Below are positions 12,537-24,273 of a stretch of DNA of 64,000 nt, piece after piece. The stretch covers positions 14,198,001-14,262,000 of the forward strand of contig NC_079170.1 of NCBI RefSeq assembly GCF_947568905.1. The letters run 5' to 3'. Numbering within the stretch: the stretch's first letter is position 1; the number at the start of each line of letters is the position of its first letter. The DNA comes from Ostrea edulis. Lineage: Eukaryota. A model generated the notes under the pieces. The model was not told the DNA's origin. It saw nothing but the letters and a program-made list of their open reading frames with translations, and made no database searches. The position numbers were made by a program, and so were the translations under genes.

Positions 12537-13126
12537 CTTCTGCTTCATACTTAGATATTTGATTGAAAGTAGACATTAAAGGGAAACTAACAACTCAACT
12601 GTATGACACACGGGATGATTTCAGCCTCTCCATCGTCAACTTCCCACATTTATGTAGCAATATTCCATTATCACCTGCATATGGTGTTTATATATCTCAA
12701 CTGATTCGATATGCAAGAGCTTGTTCTGGGTATAGTCAGTTTTTAAATCGAGGTAAGCTACTGACAAACAAGTTGATGGTACAGGGATTTCAACAGTCTC
12801 GATTGAAGTCAGCATTTCGTAAATTCTATGGTCGTTATAACGATCTAGTTCGTCAATACAACCTCGCATTGGGTCAAATGCTGTCTGACGTGTTTCATAC
12901 CGATTGTTAAGCCGTTCTTGTCACACTGATTTTGACTGCGGATAACTCCGTTTACCTGATCAGGATATGGGGCTCACGGCAGGTGTGACTGGTCAACAGG
13001 GGATGAATACTCCTCCTAGGCACCTGATCCCATCTCTGGTGTGTCCAGGGGTCCGTTTACCCAACTATCTATTTTGTATTGCTTGTAGGAGTTATGAGAT
13101 TGATCACTCTTAGTTATCTTCACCTT
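12537..13126 (+). mobile_element. 5'-truncated Penelope-like element: RT C-terminal/thumb region plus 3' terminal sequence
   Basis: SASYLDI / KGKLTTQLYDTRDDFSLSIVNFPHLCSNIPLSPAYGVYISQLIRYARACS..SDVFHTDC-stop is the characteristic PLE RT C-terminus. No endonuclease follows the RT. Confidence 0.8.
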
Positions 13127-13280
13127 GAATAAGTAATAAGTATATTTGCTACGAGTTCAGTCGAAGTTTTGATATCCTAAATAATTCCTCATCAAACTCA
13201 CTTGTATAATAGAGATAAATCGATTCGGAATTTCCAAATCATCTAGGCGCAGGGATTACTATAGGATGTTCCAGAACAAG

Positions 13281-13575
13281 TAGCAAAGATCAGCACTATG
13301 ATAAAAACACGCAGATGGCAGTGGATTGGACATTTGCTACGGATGGATAAAAGAACACACCCATATGTAGCCCTTAGTTGGACACCAGAAGAAAAAAGAA
13401 AGAGACGAAGACCGACGGAAACGTGGAGAAGAACAATAGAAAGAGAGAGGAAAGAACTAGGTTTTGGGTCATGGACAGAGGCAGCAAGATCAGCCCAAGA
13501 CAGAAGTAAATGGAGAGAACTTGTTCATGGCCCTATTTTCCACGAGGAGAGAAGGAATTAAGTCAAGTAAATCAA
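13281..13575 (+). mobile_element. 5'-truncated RTE-clade LINE 3' end
   Basis: RRWQWIGHLLRM..ALSWTPEEKRKRRRPTETWRRT..AQDRSKWR; short (tcaag)-like tail; 13-bp TSD gttccagaacaag at 13268-13280 and 13576-13588. Confidence 0.85.
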
Positions 13576-13589
13576 GTTCCAGAACAAGA

Positions 13590-13865
13590 TCTGTTCGTAG
13601 AAAATATCGTTGTAGTGAAAAATATGACAGCACCATCCTCAAAGGCTTTGATGAAAATGACTGGTACGAAAACTTTCGGATGAGAAAGGATACTTTCTTT
13701 AAACTTTGTAAACAAACTAAAGAGTACCTTGGCACCTGACCCACTGACTTTATAGAGGTTTCGTTAAATGCAAACAAAAAGTAGCTATTGCAATTTACTG
13801 GTTACCACCCACTGCTGGATATCGGACAATTGGAAATTTAATTAGAATTGCTAAATTCACAGTCA
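13590..13865 (+). pseudogene. Harbinger transposase fragment (paralog of 2040-2290)
   Basis: GFDENDWYENFRMRKDTFFKLCKQTKEYLGT-stop, then KVAIAIYWLPPTAGYRTIGNL. Confidence 0.65.
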
Positions 13866-15238
13866 TTATTGTTTACATTAAATGCAAACTTAAGTAAATG
13901 TACTGTCCGTTCATATAAAATACACACTGGAGCAGAAAATTTCCTACAACATACGAAGAAAATTTAATTGATACTCATTTTTTAGTAGAACATTTCCTAT
14001 TGTTTAACTCCTACAGAAATGCTACCAGCTTTACGTAATGTGCAATAATGTTTTACTTATGAATGGCGCTCTAGTTGACGTAATGAAGCTTCATGATCGT
14101 GCAAACGCATTCTGTGACACGAATTCTCATTTTGAAGGTCATATCCAAAAGATATGATACTTTCATTTATCGATTTATCGTATTAAATCTGTGTGTGTCT
14201 CGGATCTTAATTTTGAAGGTCATATCAGAAAGACCTGTGACCTTCACCTCTAATCATGGCAAAGAAACTGTCACAACCTACGTTTAAAGCTGTATGACCC
14301 GATGTTCATGTATTATTTTTGTAAATAATTACTTTAAAGCTGATTAATTACTTTATAAAGTTCTTAACTTTCCCCTAATTACATGCTTGAAAACATCTGC
14401 ATGTAAATGAAAACAGTGCGAATATTATTTAGAAAGTAAATATAGTGGCTACATATATAAATCGCCCCATAATAGATGTCTATAAATATACCCACGCGCG
14501 TCAGGGGAATCCCAACATGATGGATTAACTCATACGCAACTGTCTAGTTTTAAGGCTGAAAGAGCGTAAAACAACGAATTACTAAGAGGTATTTGATATT
14601 TTTATTTCTATTAAACTTATGGTACAGTACTGTTATAACAAAATACACAGCTTTACACAGATAAGACCACTGATGATCTGAAAGTTTGAACTGGTCATGT
14701 GACTGTCTCTTGAAATGGCAGAGTGACGCGGTTATTTGTAAACATCGATTTAAAATCAAATTATTTGGGTTAAAACAGGTGAAATAATTTATGATATGTC
14801 GTACAGTCTCATAACTACATATGTGCGATGATTTAATAGCGTTTTTACGAGATGGAAAAAAATATTGTAATTCGGACCATACAGCTTTAACATTTTAGAT
14901 TTAACAAAATGCCGCGATCAAGAATCGAACACTCATTTAGCTAGCTGATCGACATAACCACACGGCTACTGTGAAATGTATTCATTAATGGAATATACAT
15001 GTACTATATGATATCTGGTGAAGGCTATAATTTAAGAAACATAAAATGTAAATGGCATAACACATTACGTACATTTGTCAAGTCCTTTGAGACACTCGTG
15101 TATCTGCTTTTCTGGATTTTGACTACTGGTCATTGAAAGAAAACCACCTCTTTCCTCCGGGAAACACTTTGGAATTCACTAAATATACAAATTTACCAAG
15201 CAATAAGTCACATATGAAAGGTGAAGATAACGAATAAT

Positions 15239-17633
15239 GGACTTTTGCGAGAAGGGCTGACTTTTACAATTTACGGCTGACTTTGACACAAGCTTAATAT
15301 ACGAAAACCTTTTCGTGACATATTTGTACATACACGAATAAACGATGAACCGAGGCAATCTACAGAAATGTTAGTTGTCCAAAGAGTATCGAGTTGTTCC
15401 GGTTCCTTTCCATATTCGTACTATTTCTCAGAGGCGTTTGAGAAGCAGTAGAGAATATTTGACAGTTGATTTTAGCCGATAAATGGATTTTATTTCCAGT
15501 TCACCATGGCGATGCGAGAGGTAGGACCTTGACACAGTTGCCTCTAAACGGTAGGGGTCTAATTATCATATTAACTTTTCGCCGAAATTTTCAAGCGATG
15601 TAGCTGGTAAAACAGAAAACCAAGATGGCGGCGTGATATACCTTGTGAATATTATGTTTACAGGAAGATGATTTTTTTTTAATTATAGATATTTAATTAA
15701 AACGCTGAGTGTTTGTAGTATTTCTGTTACAGTAAAGTCTATGTGACCTAATATCCCCATATATTCCTCCTGCACCCTCGCTCCCATGGGGATCCGGGTT
15801 AGAATAGTTCCTCAGTACTCCTTGCTTGTCGTAGAAGGCGGTTAAATAGGATGAGACCGCAAAAACCGAGGCCCCATGTCGAAGCAGGTGTGGTACGAGA
15901 AATATCCGTCCCTGCTCAAAGGCCATAAACTAAGCGCCGAGCATAGGCCTAAATTTTGCAGGTCTTTACCGGCAATGGTGACGTTTTCTCTCGAGGGACG
16001 TTAAACAATATTCAATCAATCAATCAATCCTGCACCTCCCAAGCCTTAAGGATGGAACAAAAATTGATCAATGTTAAAGCATCTTCTCTACAACCTCACA
16101 TATGTAATAAAGATCTAGGCCTCTACCGGAATTGTAAATTATCTCCGGGGTAAACGTACTGACTCCAGGGTGGGGCCAAACTTGGTATATATAATGTTTA
16201 TGTGTAAACCATTTTTGAATGTCTTTTAAAATGTTATTGATAGCATAGATCTTCTTTAATGCTATGCTGTGGGCCTCTTGTTAGTTAAATATTTTAGGTG
16301 AAATAATTCCATCTCCATCTCCGCTCAGTTCTGTTTTTATATGTCAGTATTGAAAAAATGCATCGGGTACAGGGGCCATACTGATGGCTTTCATAATGTA
16401 CTAGGATTACTTTTCAATATTTACGTCCAATATTCGTGTTTATTATAAATGAAGACCGAATATGTACTTCATATTGGATAGAATGAATAGATATAAAAAT
16501 CAACGGGGTTCGAATTGACTGCTACGTAACATGGCTATCTTTAAGAACGAAGTTGCGACTATTCGGTTCACATGAGAATTTGATTTTGATTTTGGACAAA
16601 AATATACTAGGAAAATATGCAAGGAATGTTTTGATATTATGATGCCAGAATACAGCGACCTGCGCCGTAAATCGAAGGTTTGTATAAGGGGTGGATTTGT
16701 AGCTCTCTAGTATGATCAAATATTTTCCAAGAGAGCTACAGATCTGCATTAGTGCAGATGCATATGTAATTCCAAATTGTCGGTACGATTAGCACGCACT
16801 GTGTTGTACCTGTGTTTGATTGAATAAACTCGTATAACAACTTCACATTTTATGATAAAAGAAAACGTAAACCTCCTGCATAATAAACTGACATGTACAT
16901 CCGATGTTGCGATGACTTTTTGTAAAGTTTGAACATGAATCAATGTTATATGATCGAGTTAAGATTTTCATCTACAATGTATGTATGTCTGCAAAACTGT
17001 TTCATTTTTTAATAATTGTCAGATAAATGAAAGAAGTTCAGGTGGTTTAAATCTTAACAGTTGTACTATAATAATATTGTAACGTACAGTGATCTGAACA
17101 CGCTCACCGTTGCTTAGAGAAACATTACCATATCAATAGAAACACTGCATGTAGCTCTCTAGCGAAGCAGTAGAAATTCCTTACATACTGTTCGCTACAC
17201 TTCCTACGCTCAGGGAAGCTTCGTTCCGAAGCTTAGCATGGATCTTCTCTGATTGTTTGGCACCTCTTCGGCAAAGGCATACGCCGTTCACGACGACAAC
17301 CGCCGTCGTCCCTGGACTAAACCCCGTCCGTACATGGACATAAAGTCCCAGTAATACTTTATCAGAAGCAGGCCTCCCACCAAACATCACCCACTACCCT
17401 GCCACGATTTTGTAACGTGCAGCGGTTTGAACACGCTCGTCATTGCTTTTGCGTGATCAAGAGAAATCACCAAAAAAAAGCTAGCTCAAGATCGAGGCAG
17501 TAGAAGTTCCCTGTATAAATGCCAACAAGTCGATATTACATATATTTAACGATATCGTGCTTCCATACTTAGCCAGGTTTAAATGTCCAAGAAAGCCGTT
17601 GATTGTGAAATTCAGCCCTTCTCGCAAAAGTCC
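15239..17633. mobile_element. 2.4-kb non-autonomous TIR DNA transposon inserted in a Penelope-like fragment
   Basis: TIR ggacttttgcgagaagggctga (22 bp exact, ~40 bp imperfect) at both ends, flanked by an AAT duplication. The PLE sequence resumes exactly on the other side. Confidence 0.85.
15781..16027 (+). mobile_element. SINE, full-length-type (small internal deletion), nested in the TIR element
   Basis: Head cccatggggatccggg, (caat)n tail; the flanking repeat tcctgcacc at 15768-15776 and 16028-16036 is part of the TSD. Confidence 0.85.
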
Positions 17634-17985
17634 AATGGTCAATCTCATAACTTCTATAAGCAATGCAAAATAGAGAGGTGGGCACCAACGGATCCCTGGA
17701 TATACCAGAGATGAGAACAGGTGCCTAGGAGGAGTAAGCATCCCGTATTAATCCGTCACAGCCGCCCTGAGTCCTATATCTTGATCATGCAAACGTAATT
17801 ATTCGTAGTCAAAATTAGTGTGTCAAAACGGCCTAACAATCGATATGAAACATGTGAAACAGCATTTGACCCAATGATAGGTTTTATTAGCAAACAAAAT
17901 TGCTATAACGACCATGGAATTTGCAAAATGCTTACTTCAAACAAGACTGTTGAAACTCCTGCATCAACAACTTGGTTTAAGTAGT
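17634..17985 (-). mobile_element. Penelope-like 3' fragment (continuation of 15215-15238)
   Basis: Reverse complement of ~12760-13110, diverged. Confidence 0.7.
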
Positions 17986-18540
17986 CTGTACCGATTTAAA
18001 ACTGACCATACACAGAACAAGCCCTTGCGTATTGAATCAGTTGAGAGATATAAACACCACATGCAGGTAACGATGGAATATGGGACATTGATGATAGAGA
18101 TGCTGAAAGGATCCCGTCTGTCCTACAGTTGAGTTGTTAGTTAATAATAATAATTAACGGAACTAGGAGCGGGTCCCGGTTTAGAGATGGTAAAATTTCA
18201 ATTGTACATGCTACTTTATTTGTTTTACTTGATGAATTGACGAATGGGACACGCAATGTGTCCCATTCACATTGGCCGAACAATATGGATTGCGATGTTA
18301 AATATTAACGCTGTTCTGCATTGTGCAAAACGATGTAAATGATCTGTAGGTGATTAGAAATGAGTATGGACGCAATGGTTTTGCGGTCCGTTGTAATCTT
18401 AAATTTCACAAGATTTTTTTAATAATCGCGGGAAGCCTAATTTTACTACCAATATTGATTGAAATGAGCGAGATATTCGCAATAAATTTAGTACAAGACA
18501 TTTCCATCGTAAGACGCAAACAGAAATAACATTTGTGAAA

Positions 18541-19080
18541 TATTATAGGGTTATTGAACTTATATTGATGAATATTGGCACGAGTTGGCTGTTAAAATCC
18601 ACGAGTTTGCGAGTGCATTTTGACAGCCAACGAGTGCCAATATTCACCTATATAAGTTCAATAGCCCTTTTATTATATAACTAAAGTATTTAGTTGTTAA
18701 ATTATATCCCTTTTCACTCAAAATACTCCAAAATAGACGAGAATTCGTCAGTATTGGCATCTAAGGTGAAGGTGTGCAATATCAGCATGCATTTCTTAAC
18801 TGTTCAATATTTAACCCCTCACTAATGCAGTAAAACATTTTGCTTAAGTAAATATCAAATACCGGCTCTGTCAGATTCGGAGGACCGTCGTCTACCATTT
18901 TGGCTTGTTTACGTCGTTACGGTAACGTCAATATTGAACGCTCATACTCGGAATGTTTCGGGCTCATACAATTTACGCAATGCAAAGTTAGTGTTCAATA
19001 AATTCTCAGGATATTGAACGCTGACATTCTCTAGATTTTACGCAGATTTTATAATAGACTAATTATTAGCTATATAATAA
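18541..19080 (-). mobile_element. Helentron/HINE-like non-autonomous element
   Basis: ~120-bp imperfect hairpin at 18547-18668 and short inverted subterminal repeats (ttattatataactaa 18670-18684 / ttagctatataataa 19066-19080). Absent from the paralogous site at ~9800. Confidence 0.55.
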
Positions 19081-19417
19081 TAGGGATTTATTTGCTTCAA
19101 AAACCGTGCATTAAGTCTATACATGTAATATCTAACTAGAATAACTTTTTGGTAGCCATCCGTCGATTATAATGGGTTCCTTTTCACATTATTGAATATA
19201 TCTGTAGATCTCCAAAAATACAGGGTTTATACATTACCACTAAACTTAGTTATACAAGGACTTTCAATGTCATTCCCTAATACTTCCGTTTGCTTTAGAA
19301 TCCTTTGCGAAGTGTGTACGTAAAATGTACGTACGACTTACAATATTTATCGTGCGCACAACAAAATGATTGATTATTTCTCCATTGGTGAAAACTACAA
19401 TTCAATTTGTGTATGAT

Positions 19418-19423
19418 TTTATT
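19418..19423 (-). terminator. Putative polyadenylation signal of copy 3
   Basis: Homologous AATAAA. Confidence 0.55.
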
Positions 19424-19570
19424 CAAAATGTGTAAAAAAAAAAAAATATGTATAACATATGGAATAAAAGAATAAATAAATAAATAAAACAAATAAATAC
19501 GGGCATTGTATAAAGACATAAGTAAAATGATTGTTAGATTTCATGCAAAACTCGAAAGACATTCGAAATA

Positions 19571-20963
19571 TTAGTCATCTTGTTCATATTCAACACACAT
19601 ATTGTGCACAGGATGGAATATTCTTGGTTTGTCGTCCACTGCAGATGGACATCTTCCTTGGAATACCACTCTCTCATCCTGGCAGACGACGAAATACGGT
19701 GACCTTTCTCGACCTCTCCAGGGGTTAAGGCCGTCTGGTGATCCTTTACAGCTCGGGAAGCGGACGTGACATGGAATACAGTGAGCAGATTTACAGTGGT
19801 TGTCTTCATAGTCACCTGTAATAAAACCAGAATGTTTCATATAGCGGACTTTCATGATAGTACAAGGTTTTTGATATGGAATGTAGAATTGCACCCAATC
19901 TTTATACTAGGTAGGAAAAATACCATGTTCTGAAAGGTAGTTCATTACACGAAGAATTATTTTTTTGGAAACACTCCTTTACGAGATGGTGATTTAAATG
20001 TTTTGTAAAATGGCTTATATCAATAGATGGCTTTATTTATTATCGTAGCTCAGTAGATACAGCATCGGTAAACTTCGAGTGACCCATAGATCCTGAGTTT
20101 AGATCTACCAGTCTTTTTGTTGATACCTATTGAAATCATGGTTTTAAAAATAACTTTTTTTATCCAGCAATTTCTGTTTGTTGAAACATATTCGTCATAA
20201 ATATCATATCTTTCACATTTAAATAATCTGTTCTTGGTTGAATTCAAGGTGTAGTGGACCACCATGTGACTCTTCATTTTGAAATATATAGTATCCTAAT
20301 TCTAGATAATAGTTATTCACTTCAATTGAATTTCCTCATTATATAATGTATATTGACTTTATGACAATATATAACTTACAGGCATCTTTTGGTTCATATC
20401 GAGTTCCACATTGCACCATGCTGAAATGATCACATCTCTGGGATTTGACATCAAATAATAGTGGAAATGGACATTCCGTTAGCTTTGGTGTTCCCTCAGA
20501 ATTTTTGTTTTCACAGTCGTAATATCTGGCACAGTTTTCAGCATATTCTAACTTTTTGTCGGATGGAAATGTGCAGTTTCCTTCAGTAGTCTGGAGTATT
20601 TTTACGCCTGTCAATGTATATAATTATATTTCTATTAATTTACAAACAATTTTAAAAACAATGGTAAAAATATAGGCATTTCATCACGTGTATTCAAAGT
20701 GAAAAGTAGATATATGAAGAACGTGATTTTTAGAACTTACATGTGTCGAGAGGTGATCCTTTAGGAACACATGATCGGGCCGCTGTATTTACTACGAAGT
20801 CATCTGGGCATTTGAACGAAAATTCCTTCCCCTCTTTAAGAATATAAAACGTGGAACAATCCTCTGGGTCCACCCTGAAATCTGTGTCTGTTTTATACAA
20901 TACAGCGGACTCTGCAAAGCAGGATAAAGAAACACAAAATGCAGATAATAAAACGGCGTTCAT
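19571..20963 (-). CDS. Secreted chitin-binding (CBM14-like) protein, tandem copy 3; complement(join(19571..19815,20380..20607,20741..20963)), 231 aa
   Basis: Same exon lengths and splice sites as copies 1 and 2. Exon 3 frame matches supplied ORF 19571..19894. Confidence 0.9.
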
Positions 20964-21062
20964 GTTTCTTGGTGGTACAAATATCAGTCAGGGCAGGAGC
21001 TAATGTAAGTCGTAACGTGAAGTTGTTTCGTACTACTTATCAAGTAAAGACTCTGTAACTGC

Positions 21063-21069
21063 ATTTATA
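21063..21069 (-). promoter_or_regulatory. TATA box of copy 3
   Basis: TATAAAT at the homologous position. Confidence 0.65.
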
Positions 21070-23334
21070 AGATGTTCCATCCTACGATTCAAGTCAGTTT
21101 ACATTGTAGGTGTGTGGTTAGCAAACAGTTCGCCATTTTTAGACAATGAGTGGGTCGGAAGTGAATATTTTAGAACACGATGAAACGCTAGAGTGACTTT
21201 CCAATTTTCATTCATTAGATAAAGAAATCGATGGGCTTAGTACAATGCCGGGTAACACATGTCTTCATTACTATTTTTGGAATGTGAGGTGTATTTCTTA
21301 CATCGGCACGTTTATATCAGAATAAAGATAACGTTTTCATCAAGGACCCACCTAAGTGTTAATTAATGCAGGCGCAAACTTTAACATTGTGTTTACGACA
21401 TTTGCTATCAACAAAGTTTTTATTTTAAAAGTGATGTAAATCAGAATTAGATTTCTCTTTTTATGGATAAAATGAATACAATTTACTGTATGCAACGTGA
21501 TTTCTTTCCATGTTTTTTTTTCAATCAGTCAGTTCAATGTTTCAACATCCTGGGAAATTTACAAGATATATATATATATAAAAACGAATTCAAGGAATGT
21601 TATTTTCCTGTTTATTACAACCAAAATAATACCAATGATTTGTTATGATACTTTGATGTTTTTAGAAGACGAATGACATGACAGCACATGTTCTTTATTT
21701 CTTACATTACACCTCCCCGGTACATTCAATAAAATCACCAGACCTATAACATCAATTCGCCGTGTTCATTTACTTTTCTTATTAACTACATGTACCATTT
21801 CATATCAAAGTACTTTATCTCTACACACACATTTATATAGGTACATGTATGTTAGTGCAATGATAGCTTCAAAAATCTCGTATTTTTACTTCATGTGCTA
21901 ACCCAGTTTCTGTAGCTCCAATGGAAGCAAAACGCATGCCTTGTTGCTTCAAGCTATAATTGTTAGTTAAATATACGACAAAAAGAGTCGCAATTCACAG
22001 CAAATCTTTAAACGGAGACAACCAACTCAGAATGAAATTGAATCTAAAACAGGACAATACGAATATATACAGAAATTGATACAAGGAAACTAGTCCGGAT
22101 AATTTTATGCTTTACAATTGCATACTTGTAATTAATTTCTCGCCGAATTGGAAAATCCAGATTGTCGACTTGTTATACCGGCAGTGCAATTACTCATGTC
22201 TATAAGCAAAGGGAAATATATCGATAGAACTAGCGGTAACCAATAAGTGAAAATGATTCATAATCTGGTAATGATATGCATTGTATGTACAGGTCAATAT
22301 ACCATGAACAATATAAAGTACAGATGGATATTTTACATATAATGAGTTGTAGGAGGAATATTTAAATATGTATACCACAAGTAATCACCGCGATACAATT
22401 CATTACATGCCATTGTATTTCTAACGTATCTGACGGTACATTTTGTTCGTGACATATTTTTAAGTGACACCCATAATTTTGTTTTTCTTGACGGAAACAT
22501 CAAACATTGCTATTTGTGTTACAAGGAGATAAATTAAGAATAAATCATTACTCGTATCTGCCTTACACGGAATAATAATAAGAAATTAATTTTTAAAAAA
22601 CGGACAGAGTCCTTTGATATATTAGTATCTGGTTTGTAAACGATTAATATTCATAATTTCATTTTCAGCATGTTTGCGATGTCCATTTTTAATTGATAAA
22701 ATCGCTATTTCTACATGTACATTTTGAACATTCCGTCGCTGAATCTATTTTAGTCATTTGATTAATATATAGTTGAAATATATTATAAATATAGTTTTTC
22801 GCCATCGTAATAGACATTTAAGAAATAAATTTCATTTTTGAAATATACATGAGGGCATGAACCGCGACGATTTACACCTGCATGCTTCACGATGTGCTCT
22901 AGCGTTTGATGAAATGTATGCCGGCGCGGAGCGCACGTTTCCATACCCTAATGTATTTTCAAAAGTGAAATTCACCTCTTATATTCATATTCTATCTTCA
23001 TTTATCTTTGAGAATTTCCAGCTGTTAATATACGGGAGTCGCACTACATTTATTAATATTCATACGCACATCGTTCACATTCACGAGAAAATGACCATCA
23101 TTTCAATTTGTAAAAATATCAAAGGCAAACAATATTAATGGATAACTGTTTATGAATCAGTCTAAGAAGAATTTCTCTTTCTCGTTAACATAATTACATA
23201 TGTTCCTTGATTTGTTAATTTGAATAAGAACTTCATACATTGTCTAATTTTCTCAAGGTTACCATATTGGTTGATATAAAGCGGTTATATTTACATTAAC
23301 GGTGTGCATTCTGTTTAATTCCTATTGACATTTC

Positions 23335-23575
23335 GCCCGTGGAGATTCGCGTTAAAATAGGTCCTCGGTACCTTTGCTTTTCGTAAGATACGACTAAATG
23401 GGGCGGTCCTTCGGATGAGACCGCAAAAACCGAGGCCCCGTGTCACAACAAGTGCGACACGATAAAGATCCCTCCCTGCTCAAAGGCCGTAACCGCCTAA
23501 ATTTTGCAGCCCTTCGCCAGTTATGGTAACGTTTCCATATGAGTGAAAACTTCTCGAGCGGGACGTTAAACAATA
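23335..23575 (+). mobile_element. SINE, full-length-type
   Basis: Head cccgtggagattc, complete body; TSD-like tattga(c/t)attt at 23323-23333 and 23576-23586. Confidence 0.85.
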
Positions 23576-24206
23576 TATTGATATTTTCAACTAGGAAGAC
23601 ACGTTCTGTTTCATTCTAGTTAAATCCGGTTGTAGTGCCGTCTGTCCGCGTATGAACATGCACAGCCCACGAACTTCGTGACCTTTTTCACGTCATTGTA
23701 GGAATTAGGTGTTCTGGTTTATTTTAATTCCGTTTTACCTTTTAATTGAATTTAGATGATCAAATAACGCTTATAAATCTGTTTTATATGATGGTTTATA
23801 CATGTAGTTTGTCTATTTTCCTTTTTCATCGTTCAAATATTTAAATCATAACTACCAAATGTGTAGACAAGATAAGGTTAGGTGATTTCCAGCTGTTACA
23901 TGAAATTAACTTACAGGTCAATATCGATATTTTAAGTAATTTTAAAAGTATTCATATTCAATGAAATGCAATGCAATTCCAGAATTCTGTTATTATTCAT
24001 ATTCAGATAGTTCGATATTTGGGAAGGTGATCATGACGACCAAGTAGTTCTTTTTTTCAAAAAAGGAAAAAAAAATGCAGTGTATATCGTGTCCTGCCGG
24101 TGGACGTTTCATTTGAATAATGAAATGTTTTCTGCGGTTTATAAAACGGGATGTGAAGGTCGCAAGCATTGCAGGAAAAGTGCACAACCCGCGTAAGCAG
24201 GTTATG

Positions 24207-24207
<1 letters not shown>

Positions 24208-24270
<63 letters not shown>
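24208..24270. repeat. poly(A) plus (AT)n microsatellite
   Basis: Directly visible; generates the spurious YIYI ORFs. Confidence 0.95.

Positions 24271-24273
<3 letters not shown>

Larger units (their letters stand above)
1..22850. repeat. Tandem segmental duplication array (gene plus flanks; ATG-to-ATG spacing 6448 and 9311 bp)
   Basis: Non-coding flanks align between units, e.g. 1-500 ~ 12115-12535 ~ 5650-6170 ~ 21440-21880; 2330-2870 ~ 13870-14290 plus 14890-15230. Size differences are explained largely by TE insertions. Confidence 0.85.

Noticed and set aside
12900-13126. Hammerhead ribozyme expected in Penelope-like terminal repeats
   Set aside because: No CTGANGA..GAAA core found on either strand of these fragments.
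14665-14696. Hammerhead-like CTGATGA..GAAA flanked by gacca/tggtc
   Set aside because: The required U-H cleavage-site geometry cannot be built with stem I, and stem II is absent.
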